Of a stretch of DNA of 64,000 bases, positions 40,065 to 48,328 are shown piece after piece. Origin of the DNA: a virus (Duplodnaviria; Caudoviricetes); the IMG/VR virus record IMGVR_UViG_3300028735_000004, positions 179,942 through 243,941 of that record. One strand, written 5' to 3'. Each line of letters starts with the position of its first letter. Positions within the stretch are counted from its first letter, which is position 1. The position numbers were made by a program, and so were the translations under genes. The notes beneath the pieces are model-generated. The model had not been told where the DNA came from. It worked only from the letters and a program-made list of their open reading frames with translations, and made no database searches.

Positions 40065-41119
40065 TTCTTTAAATATTCTATATTTGTAGATTGATTGGTA
40101 AATGCTGTCTGAAATCTAACAAAATTAAAAATATAATTTTTTATAATTGCATCTCCATACCCATATAAACATTCTGCGCCAACGGCATCTAATATTACTT
40201 TAGAGTCAGTATGAGATGCTACTTTACAAGCTATTCTTGCTGGAAAATTTGCTTTTATTGCTCCATTTAATATATCAGCAGATGGTCTTTGAGTAGCGAC
40301 GACTAAATGTATTCCTGCTGCTCTGGATTTTTGAGCTAATTTTGTTATTTTTTTCTGCAATTCTTTACTATCATCGTGTAAAATTAAATCAGCAAATTCA
40401 TCTATTACAAGTAATATATGTGGAACATAAGGTTTTTGTTGTTTAAAATAAGAAGATGGTAATTTTTTCTTTGCTAAAAAATCATATCTTCTTTCCATAG
40501 TAGATATTAAATAATCAAATAATTCTAAACTATCTTCATATGATGATATTACTTCAATATTTTTAAAAACTCCATATTCATTAAATTCAATATTTTTAGT
40601 ATCAATTAAAAATAATTTATTATCATTTATAATTGAATTGGCTATTATGTTATGTAGGAGAGTGCTCTTACCCGATCCGGTTGTTCCAGCAATTAATAAA
40701 TGCGGATTTTCAGCCATATCCATCCATATTTTTTGACCATCAGTAGCATCACCTAAATACATAGGCATCGTATAATCTGGTATTTTCTGATCTATAATTT
40801 CATCAAAAAATAATATTTTTGAAGGATCATTGTCCATTAACTCTAATCTAACTAAGCCTTGTTCAGAACAAATTTTAATTAAAGGTTTATTTTTTGTTTT
40901 TAAATAAATAGAAATTTCATTAATATATTTTTGAATATCTTTGATTCTTGATCCTGGTAAAAGATTCAAATCATATATAGAAAAATTTCTAATTTTTTGA
41001 TAGTTGGTGCAATTTGCATTTATATTTAAAGCATCTAAAATGTGATTTAATTTAACTATTTTTTGTTGTCCGGATTCAATCATACCATACAATGTAATGA
41101 CGGCACCTACATCCGGCAA
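40061..41119 (-). CDS. ftsK: Soluble FtsK/SpoIIIE ATPase domain protein
   Basis: PHLLIAGTTGSGKS, LVIDEFADL, LAQKSRAAGIHLVVATQRP and ANFPARI; no TM or gamma domain. True start possibly MIESG. Confidence 0.88.
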   Translation of the reverse strand: MPDVGAVITLYGMIESGQQKIVKLNHILDALNINANCTNYQKIRNFSIYDLNLLPGSRIKDIQKYINEISIYLKTKNKPLIKICSEQGLVRLELMDNDPSKILFFDEIIDQKIPDYTMPMYLGDATDGQKIWMDMAENPHLLIAGTTGSGKSTLLHNIIANSIINDNKLFLIDTKNIEFNEYGVFKNIEVISSYEDSLELFDYLISTMERRYDFLAKKKLPSSYFKQQKPYVPHILLVIDEFADLILHDDSKELQKKITKLAQKSRAAGIHLVVATQRPSADILNGAIKANFPARIACKVASHTDSKVILDAVGAECLYGYGDAIIKNYIFNFVRFQTAFTNQSTNIEYLKK

Positions 41120-41150
41120 GGCAGCAATATTAACTACTTACAAGAATATA

Positions 41151-41507
41151 TTATTTTAATATGATTTCATCACCAATGGAAATGCAATGTGTTTTACAAA
41201 AACCATATGGAGCTTCAACTATTAAATCGGTGGGATGGTTTGGTCCAATAGCCTCTTCTGAATGAGGCTCTCCTTTTTTAATATCTATTACTTTACCTTT
41301 ATAACAAAAAATCATATCTATTGGTAAAGAACAATTTTTCATCCAAAATTTATTATATCTTGGAGAAGAAAAAACAAAAGACATTATGGGAACCGGATCC
41401 ATAAACATAACGCCTTTTTGTTTTTCTTCTTCAGTTAAAGCAAGAAGTGTATTAAATGCCTTGGTTCCTAATAAAATAATACCATTCTTCATAGCAAAAT
41501 TATTCAT
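41151..41507 (-). CDS. DUF192 family protein
   Basis: ALT...KGVMF, FWMKN..LPIDMIF and ..VEAPYG. Confidence 0.8.
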   Translation of the reverse strand: MNNFAMKNGIILLGTKAFNTLLALTEEEKQKGVMFMDPVPIMSFVFSSPRYNKFWMKNCSLPIDMIFCYKGKVIDIKKGEPHSEEAIGPNHPTDLIVEAPYGFCKTHCISIGDEIILK

Positions 41508-42834
41508 CTATATAAAATCTATCCATATCTCTTCTAATAGATTTGAATAAACTCATATCTGTTAAATCTCTTTTATCTTTTTTATCTTTATGTTTTTTCT
41601 TACTTTCTTTTTCTTTTTCTTTCAAATAATAATCTTTATAGACATTAATTAATATATTAATTGGTTTTTTAACCTCAGATAAATTATGATTTATTTTATT
41701 AACTAACTCAGATATTTTTGATAAATCTGATTTTTCTTCTAATTCATCCATTAAAATATTAAGATCTTTTTTAATTGTTTCAAGCTGATTATGCGCATCT
41801 AATCTGGCCGCAGAAGTTGATTCAAAAGGAGTTAGTTGGTGTAAATTTTTTAAAATCCATCTGGTTAAAACATTCCCTGATTTTTTAACTAAATAAAATT
41901 CTAAACCTAAATCAGATTTTGATAATAAAGCTTGGCTTACATCATCAGAAATATCTTCTAAACTCAATTGTTCTGATACTTCTATATCATATTTTTCTTT
42001 TACAAAAGATCTGACTTTTTTAAGTATAGATTCATATTCATTATAAATTGCTTCAGTTAATATTTGTTTTTTAATATCGTCATTCTCTTTGCTATAATTT
42101 TTAAATAAATTATTAATATTAGATAAAATTGATGTTGGAAGACCTATTTCGATTATATTACCTAAATCTTTTTTTATCTCATTAATATCAAGATTATGAT
42201 CATTATCTTTAGATTCTACTTCATTTACTTTGAGTTTAGATAATTCTTGATTTTTATATAGTCGCAAAAATCTATTAAAAGTTATTTTTAATGAATCAAA
42301 ACTATATATTACCGACATATATAGATCCATCACTTCAGATATATTTTTATATGATCTTGATAAAATTACATCTTCTAATTTAGATATTTTATGATATACA
42401 TCAGTAGCACTCTTTAATAATGACAATCTATAATGTTTGCCTTGTTCTCCGGAAAAAACAGAAGATATATATGTCCAAAATCTTGAAACTTTAGATGAAG
42501 CTTGTTTAATTGGTTTTTTTCTACTAACAGAATATTCTGATTGTTCCTTAATAATATCTGAACTTTTTTGAACTAAATTTTCAAAATCAGAAGAAAGTAA
42601 AACTAAAAAAGAAGATACTTCCTGAGGTAATGGATTTTTGATATTAGAAACTGGTAAATTAAATTTCGGATCCCCTCTTCCATTAAGGGCTCTTTTAAAT
42701 GCTATTAATTTTGCGATAAATTGACTTGCTAATTTGTTCCAATTATCTTTATTTATCCTTAACTGTTCCTGTTTTGGATCTGAGGATTTTTTTCTTGCAG
42801 TAATAATTTTGTCCATATCATAATAATACCACAT
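41500..42834 (-). CDS. Hypothetical helical protein
   Basis: 444 aa; KQAS and KSA motifs. Confidence 0.7.
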   Translation of the reverse strand: MWYYYDMDKIITARKKSSDPKQEQLRINKDNWNKLASQFIAKLIAFKRALNGRGDPKFNLPVSNIKNPLPQEVSSFLVLLSSDFENLVQKSSDIIKEQSEYSVSRKKPIKQASSKVSRFWTYISSVFSGEQGKHYRLSLLKSATDVYHKISKLEDVILSRSYKNISEVMDLYMSVIYSFDSLKITFNRFLRLYKNQELSKLKVNEVESKDNDHNLDINEIKKDLGNIIEIGLPTSILSNINNLFKNYSKENDDIKKQILTEAIYNEYESILKKVRSFVKEKYDIEVSEQLSLEDISDDVSQALLSKSDLGLEFYLVKKSGNVLTRWILKNLHQLTPFESTSAARLDAHNQLETIKKDLNILMDELEEKSDLSKISELVNKINHNLSEVKKPINILINVYKDYYLKEKEKESKKKHKDKKDKRDLTDMSLFKSIRRDMDRFYIDE

Positions 42835-42836
42835 TA

Positions 42837-43454
42837 TTAGATAATTTTATCTATAATACCATATTTTAAACAATCTTTAGCATCTAAAAACAAATCCCTT
42901 TCACAATCTTTTTTAATTTTAGATACTGATTTGCCAGTGTGTTTTGCCAAAATTTTAATAATTTTTTCATTATATTTATATAAATATTTTAAATATTTAT
43001 CAGAATATTCAATATCTGCAAACGGAGTGTTTGGAAAAGATGATTGTATCCCGTGTATCATAACTAAAGAATTTTTAGTCATAAATCTTTTACCACTTGC
43101 TCCAGAAGCCAAAATAACAGCACCTGCAGAATATGCTTTTCCTATACAAATTGTATTAACCGGCGCAGTAATCATATGCATTATATCATAAATATTAAAT
43201 AATGCCGGAACATCTCCACCAACAGTATTTATAAATAAAGTAATATCATCAGATGGGCTTGTTAAATTGTGATAAATTAACATAGATGTCAAAGAAGATG
43301 CCGTTTCATCTAAAGTAATTTCTTCTGATAAAAATAATACTCTATCAGATGCTAAATGAGCATATACCGGAGATATATTATCGTTTTGGTTTTTTTGCTG
43401 ATTTTGACTTTTGTTTAGATTTGGTTTTTGTGGTTCTTTTTTTTCTGACTGCAT
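42837..43454 (-). CDS. clpP: ATP-dependent Clp protease proteolytic subunit (catalytic triad intact)
   Basis: DRVLFL, INTVGG, AYSAG (Ser), MIHG (His) and ERD (Asp). Start placed at MQSEKK (43454). Confidence 0.9.
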   Translation of the reverse strand: MQSEKKEPQKPNLNKSQNQQKNQNDNISPVYAHLASDRVLFLSEEITLDETASSLTSMLIYHNLTSPSDDITLFINTVGGDVPALFNIYDIMHMITAPVNTICIGKAYSAGAVILASGASGKRFMTKNSLVMIHGIQSSFPNTPFADIEYSDKYLKYLYKYNEKIIKILAKHTGKSVSKIKKDCERDLFLDAKDCLKYGIIDKII

Positions 43455-44025
43455 TATTTTTTTCCAAAGTAATAATATGATCAATTAAATTATATCTTTT
43501 AGATTCCAATGGAACCAAAAATAAAGTGTTAGATGTATCTTTAACTAAAACTGACTCAGATATTCCGGTTGATTCAGATAAGGCTTTTACAAATATAGAA
43601 TGTTCTTTTTTAAATAAATCATTTGATATTTTAGCATTAGATAAATCCGAATACATTATGTCATTTACTTTTAATGATGATATCGCTAATATAGAATTAG
43701 GGGTACAATATCTCATACCTTTTGTGCCGGCTGCAAGCAATAAAATACTTTCGTGCATCGCAACTCCAACGCATATTGTTTCAATTGGAGATTGTAATAA
43801 ATTCATAGCATCATAAATCATCATAATGCTTCGTATATCTCCACCATCAGAATTAATAAATAATGTTATTTTTTCCTGATTGATTTTATCCAAAAAAAAT
43901 AATGTTGCTACTATATCAGAAGCAACATTATCATTAATAAAACCGTGAGCAAAGATTACTCGTCTTTGCATTAAATTTTCATAAACATCAATTATATTAC
44001 CATCATTCAATATTAGTGTATTCAT
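43378..44025 (-). CDS. ClpP paralogue lacking catalytic residues (ClpR-like)
   Basis: RRVIF, INSDGG, ETICVG, LAAGTKG. The Ser position reads AMHES and the His position reads LAISS; basic C-terminal tail. Confidence 0.85.
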   Translation of the reverse strand: MNTLILNDGNIIDVYENLMQRRVIFAHGFINDNVASDIVATLFFLDKINQEKITLFINSDGGDIRSIMMIYDAMNLLQSPIETICVGVAMHESILLLAAGTKGMRYCTPNSILAISSLKVNDIMYSDLSNAKISNDLFKKEHSIFVKALSESTGISESVLVKDTSNTLFLVPLESKRYNLIDHIITLEKNNAVRKKRTTKTKSKQKSKSAKKPKR

Positions 44026-44039
44026 TCAATATAGATATA

Positions 44040-44387
44040 TCATCTTATTGATGATTTATTCCTGAGCTCATTTTCTTCTGCACAACCTACACACATAGAA
44101 AAAGATGGATTAAATAATAATCTTTTTTCACCTATATCTTCGCCACATTCTTCGCAAGAGCCAAAACTTCCATTTTTTATTTTATCTAAAGCGATATCTA
44201 TTTGTTTGATTTTTAATAAATCACGACCCTTTAAAGCTTTTGTACTATCAAATAATATTTTTGCTTGAATATGATCGGTATCATCACCATCTAAATCTAA
44301 TTCTTCTTGATTGGCAATAGAATTTAATAAATTTTGTTTTTGTTCAGTTAATGATTTTTTTAATTTTTCTAATTGTTTTTTATTCAT
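44040..44387 (-). CDS. dksA: DksA/TraR C4 zinc-finger protein
   Basis: Coiled coil with DDTD at the tip; CEECGEDIGEKRL...CVGCAE. Confidence 0.9.
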   Translation of the reverse strand: MNKKQLEKLKKSLTEQKQNLLNSIANQEELDLDGDDTDHIQAKILFDSTKALKGRDLLKIKQIDIALDKIKNGSFGSCEECGEDIGEKRLLFNPSFSMCVGCAEENELRNKSSIR

Positions 44388-44722
44388 CGCAGTTCCTCGT
44401 ATTTATATTTTAATAGATTTTTAATTTTTTTATCTATTAATAAATTAATTTTTGTAATTTCCTTAGATGATTGTTTATTACCTGTTTTAAAATTCAAAAA
44501 AATATAATTATTATATTTTTTATAAGTAAAAGTAGCGAAATTTTCTATAGTAAATGTAAATTTATTTTTTAATTCTAATAAAAGTAATTCGATTAGTTCG
44601 TTAATTACAATAACTATATATTTATAAGGTATTCTTTTTAAAGATTTTTTAATCTCCAATAATAGAAATCTTTTATCAACAAAGTTATTAATAATAAAAT
44701 TATTCTTACTCGTATGTTTCAT
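44384..44722 (-). CDS. HU/IHF-like DNA-binding protein (divergent)
   Basis: Helical N-terminus, FTIENFATF strand and NFKTG arm. Confidence 0.6.
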   Translation of the reverse strand: MKHTSKNNFIINNFVDKRFLLLEIKKSLKRIPYKYIVIVINELIELLLLELKNKFTFTIENFATFTYKKYNNYIFLNFKTGNKQSSKEITKINLLIDKKIKNLLKYKYEELR

Positions 44723-45189
44723 TCTATGGTGTTAAGAAAATTCAATAAATTATCATATAAAATATTATTTGTATTTTTTTGATAATTAACAAATAATCCA
44801 AATAAATTTTCAAATCCAGTTAATAATTTAGATTGCATTAAAATATTAGTCATAATCCAAGTTTTTTCAACAAGATTTGCTTCAATATATGAATATATTT
44901 GAGAATTATCATCTGGTCTAAAATCTAAACTAAAACAATTATTATTAGCGTAAATAATAGCAATTATTCTTTTTTCATCATCTGTAGATAAATCACAAAC
45001 CATAGCCTCTAATTTAAAATCTGATATAATAATTTCGGATGACCATATATTTTTTTCTATTTTAGAAATATTATTTTCTTCTTCTATCTCTAATATAATT
45101 TTTTTAGAAAAAAGAAAATCATCTCTCATTATTGGTTGTAAATACTCAAATAAATGTTTAACTATTTCATTCGTTAATGTTTGTTTCAT
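44719..45189 (-). CDS. Hypothetical protein
   Basis: 156-aa ORF with 4-nt overlaps to its neighbours. Confidence 0.6.
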   Translation of the reverse strand: MKQTLTNEIVKHLFEYLQPIMRDDFLFSKKIILEIEEENNISKIEKNIWSSEIIISDFKLEAMVCDLSTDDEKRIIAIIYANNNCFSLDFRPDDNSQIYSYIEANLVEKTWIMTNILMQSKLLTGFENLFGLFVNYQKNTNNILYDNLLNFLNTIE

Positions 45190-45416
45190 TTTTTTAAATT
45201 AAAATAATCCAATAAATTAAGTTCTTTTTTAAAATCTGGAAGTTCTTTCATTTTTTCTTCTATATATTTTTCAAATTCAAATACATCTCCGGAGGCTCTT
45301 CGTTTTGCTAACTCTTCCATTGCGGAAATTGATTCATCTCTCATTAACCCTAAATATCTATAAGTTATAATTATATCACATAATTTTATGTTATTAAATT
45401 TTGAATAATCCATCAT
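45186..45416 (-). CDS. Hypothetical protein
   Basis: 76-aa ORF. Confidence 0.6.
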   Translation of the reverse strand: MMDYSKFNNIKLCDIIITYRYLGLMRDESISAMEELAKRRASGDVFEFEKYIEEKMKELPDFKKELNLLDYFNLKK

Positions 45417-45697
45417 ATTTTACCATTTTTTATTTTTAAAAAAATTTGATTTTTACCATCTAAAATTCTATTATAAATAAATATATGAGCTTTGGGTAAA
45501 AATTTGCTAATTCTTATTATTTTTCCAACTAAAATAAATTCTCTTATTTTTTCAAAAAAAGTATTGCATATCAAAACAATATCATCTTTTGCTATGAATG
45601 GATATTTTTGGTGAATTTGATCTATTATATGTGATATTTTGTATAATTTCACTGGAAAATCTTTGTTTAATTTCAAAATATCTTCTTGTTCGAGCAT
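45413..45697 (-). CDS. Possible second, degenerate HU/IHF-like protein
   Basis: IIDQIHQKYPFIAKDDIVLICNTFFEKIREFILVGKIIRISKF resembles the IHF helices and first strand. Confidence 0.45.
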   Translation of the reverse strand: MLEQEDILKLNKDFPVKLYKISHIIDQIHQKYPFIAKDDIVLICNTFFEKIREFILVGKIIRISKFLPKAHIFIYNRILDGKNQIFLKIKNGKI

Positions 45698-46021
45698 TTA
45701 ATTATTTTCTTTTTCTAAAGACTTGACATATTTTTTGTACAAAATGTGCTGTTTTTCAGCATCGGTAGCGCATTCAATATGCCACCCAACTTTACTTTTT
45801 ACAAAAATATACATTCCTTTGTAATATCTTTCATTGCATCTACAACATTTTGAATCAAAAACACTTTTTAAGAACAATAATTTATCATCTTTTCTTGCCG
45901 TTAATTTTAAATCACCATGTTCAACCATCGAGAGGATTTTTGCAGCAATATCTGCTCTTTTGGTTTCTCTCCACAAAGCAAACAAGTAATCAAGTTCAAG
46001 TTCTTTAACTGTTTTTGACAT
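45698..46021 (-). CDS. Hypothetical protein with a LIM-like Cys/His cluster
   Basis: CCRC...WHIECA. Confidence 0.6.
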   Translation of the reverse strand: MSKTVKELELDYLFALWRETKRADIAAKILSMVEHGDLKLTARKDDKLLFLKSVFDSKCCRCNERYYKGMYIFVKSKVGWHIECATDAEKQHILYKKYVKSLEKENN

Positions 46022-46029
46022 GTCAAATC

Positions 46030-46037
46030 AATATAAC
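46030..46037 (-). promoter_or_regulatory. Putative promoter GTTATATT, 8 nt before the ATG (leftward operon start)
   Basis: Recurrent motif. Confidence 0.5.
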
Positions 46038-46085
46038 TCCTTCTTAGAATTGATCAAGTGTGTTTATTGTTTTATTAATTAAGGA

Positions 46086-46104
46086 ATCCCTCCTACGGAG
46101 GGAT
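46086..46104. promoter_or_regulatory. Palindrome ATCCCTCC-TAC-GGAGGGAT (terminator, attenuator or operator)
   Basis: Perfect 8-bp stem; same CCCTCC/GGAGGG core as the 16048-16066 hairpin. Confidence 0.5.
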
Positions 46105-46121
46105 CTATATTTTTGATACAC

Positions 46122-46180
46122 TTATACTATTATATATATTATTTATACTATCTATAACTACCTTTTACTATTTATACTAT
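46122..46180. repeat. Short direct repeats TTATACTAT (3 exact copies plus degenerate copies)
   Basis: Exact copies at 46122, 46143 and 46172; ACTA cores recur at about 10-bp spacing. Confidence 0.6.
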
Positions 46181-46364
46181 GGCTTTTGTTAATTAAAATT
46201 AAAATAATTTACTAAACAATTTTAGTGGTTTAAAAACTTATCGCCCCAACTTAAAACATAATTTTATTAATTTGCTACATAATTTTAAAAATATTTTCAG
46301 TTTAAATATATGGCAAGGTAGCATAACGATTTAAAAGAAAGTTTAAAATTAAATGTGAGGTATA

Positions 46365-46419
46365 GGGCACTATGAGCACTTCGGCGGCTCCTACGCTGCC
46401 CGTGGCAGTAGGCGCTCAC
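46365..46419. other. GC-rich structured non-coding island
   Basis: Nested complementary segments (GUGAGCG/UGCUCAU, CCUAC/GUAGG and UGCC/GGCA on the minus strand) in an otherwise very AT-rich genome. Confidence 0.45.
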
Positions 46420-46495
46420 CACCAAAAGATATTTTTAAGATGCTATAAAGTTTTTTAAACTTTTCGCAGGAACCTCTTTAGGCCGCTCAACAAAT

Positions 46496-46503
46496 GTTAT
46501 ATT
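46496..46503 (+). promoter_or_regulatory. Putative promoter TGTTATATT, 7 nt before the ATG at 46511
   Basis: Recurrent motif on the plus strand; no SD. Confidence 0.5.
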
Positions 46504-46510
46504 CACAAAT

Positions 46511-47002
46511 ATGAAACTTAATTGCGAAAAATTAAAAATAAATCAAAATATTTATTGCCAAGTACTAAATCAACTTAATTATAAAGAAATAGAATACAAT
46601 GAAAGTGATATTTTTGTTTATTTTTTAGATTTTGATGAAGATTTTAATTTACATAATTTAATTAAAAAAGATAATATTTATTATTTAATTGATAAAAATA
46701 TGTTTTTGCAAAATACAAATATAATTAAAAATTATAATAATATTATCTGGATGAACCAAAATAATTTGATAAATAAATTTACATACCCTAACAATAATTC
46801 TTTTATTTTTACCAATATAGATATTAGTAAGATGCTCAAAGTTGAAGATTGTGAATTATCTTATTTAAATACAAAAAATATTATTAATTATAAAGGTAAT
46901 TTGGGATACTGGGTCAGTAAAGGAAATCAAGATAAATTTTATGAATATGGTGTTGAATTAAAAAACAAAAAACTAATATTTGATTATCTTGGATTAAAAT
47001 AG
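46511..47002 (+). CDS. Hypothetical protein
   Basis: 163-aa Asn/Ile-rich ORF. Confidence 0.6.
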   Translation: MKLNCEKLKINQNIYCQVLNQLNYKEIEYNESDIFVYFLDFDEDFNLHNLIKKDNIYYLIDKNMFLQNTNIIKNYNNIIWMNQNNLINKFTYPNNNSFIFTNIDISKMLKVEDCELSYLNTKNIINYKGNLGYWVSKGNQDKFYEYGVELKNKKLIFDYLGLK

Positions 47003-47035
47003 TAATAATTTTATATTTTAAGTATAGGAGTTACT

Positions 47036-47830
47036 ATGGCATCAGTTAGCGAAGCTTGTTGTTATTATTTGGCACTTTTAAGATCATTATATTTAACTCA
47101 TCAAAATAATCATTGGTTATCAAAAGGTGATAATTTTTATGGCAATCATTTATTATTTCAAAGAATTTATGAATCAGCTCAGGTTAATTCGGATTTAGCG
47201 GCTGAAAAATTTATTGGAGTATTTGGTAGCGAATGTGTATCTTTAAAAGATCAGAGCGAATATATTTATAAAATAACTAAAAATTTAGACGATAAAGATC
47301 CAGTTAAATTATCATTATCTTTAGAAAAAACATTTTTAGATTTTTCTAAAGAATTTTATGGACAATTAAAAGCAAAAGATTTAATGACTTTAGGCCTTGA
47401 TGATATGATTATGAGTATCGCAAGCGATCGAGAAGAAGCGGTTTATCTATTACAACAAGCAGGTGGAGTATCTCCAAAAGTAGCTGATGTTGCTAATAAA
47501 TTTATTAAAAAATTCTCTCAACCTCAACCAGATCAAGTAATAAAATTAGATACAAAAAAATTAAAAACAGCTTGTGAAGCAGCTATTGCAAATCTTAATT
47601 ACGGGGTACCATTCAGAGTTGATATTGAATTTAATCAACTTGATGGAAAAGTAAAGGGTACATTAAGATTACCTGCCAAAAAACCAGGATCTTCACAATA
47701 TCTGATAAATGATTCTAAACTTTCTCACGCCGTAGATGTTGGATTAAAAGCTTTACAAGAAGCAGTTAAAAGACAAATAAAAGATTTGCCAACTAATTTT
47801 GTAATTACTTTTGGCGCAGCTCCATTATAA
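47036..47830 (+). CDS. Ferritin/Dps-like domain protein with a C-terminal extension
   Basis: HQNNHW...GNHLLFQRIYE...DLAAEK resembles the Dps ferroxidase signature; AGGAG RBS. Confidence 0.7.
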   Translation: MASVSEACCYYLALLRSLYLTHQNNHWLSKGDNFYGNHLLFQRIYESAQVNSDLAAEKFIGVFGSECVSLKDQSEYIYKITKNLDDKDPVKLSLSLEKTFLDFSKEFYGQLKAKDLMTLGLDDMIMSIASDREEAVYLLQQAGGVSPKVADVANKFIKKFSQPQPDQVIKLDTKKLKTACEAAIANLNYGVPFRVDIEFNQLDGKVKGTLRLPAKKPGSSQYLINDSKLSHAVDVGLKALQEAVKRQIKDLPTNFVITFGAAPL

Positions 47831-47831
47831 T

Positions 47832-48116
47832 TTAAAGTTTCTCTAATTCTATTTCATTCATTAGAGCTTCATATACATTAATTTTTTCTAAATTTGAAAA
47901 TTGGCATAATTTAAATAAAATTTCTCCAATTTTCTTTTGCTTAATAAAATTTTTAACTGATAAATCTGTAGATAAATTATCTATTTTTGATAAATCAGTA
48001 ATTAGATCCTGAAGTTCTTTTATTAGAGAATTAAAATCTTTTAAACCATATTTTTTTTCAGAAACCTGTTCGGCATCTTCCCAAAGATGCTCAAAGTTCT
48101 TTACTTCTTTGGTCAT
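47832..48116 (-). CDS. Degenerate MazG-like protein
   Basis: KIGEILF...INVYEAL resembles the all-alpha NTP-PPase second half. Confidence 0.45.
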   Translation of the reverse strand: MTKEVKNFEHLWEDAEQVSEKKYGLKDFNSLIKELQDLITDLSKIDNLSTDLSVKNFIKQKKIGEILFKLCQFSNLEKINVYEALMNEIELEKL

Positions 48117-48307
48117 TCAACTTTACCTTTTGCTAGAGATGAGATCTGTAATTCTTCATTACCTTCTTCACTACAAAATACTAAAAAAGCAACTCCGTCT
48201 TTACAATCAATAAGTACAGGACCCTTTAATTTTGCTATATAAAATTTTTTACCATAACTATCGGTTCTTGGTTCTAATTCTAATTTTAATTTTCCATCAG
48301 TAGCCAT
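48113..48307 (-). CDS. Small hypothetical protein
   Basis: 64 aa with an AGGAG RBS. Confidence 0.65.
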   Translation of the reverse strand: MATDGKLKLELEPRTDSYGKKFYIAKLKGPVLIDCKDGVAFLVFCSEEGNEELQISSLAKGKVE

Positions 48308-48328
48308 AATATTCTCCTAATTATTTAA

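Noticed and set aside
46365-46419. HDV-like/theta ribozyme
   Set aside because: A crossed P1/P2-like pairing exists, but P3/L3, P1.1 and the J4/2 catalytic C context do not fit, and no adjacent tRNA is present. Kept only as an unspecified structured island.
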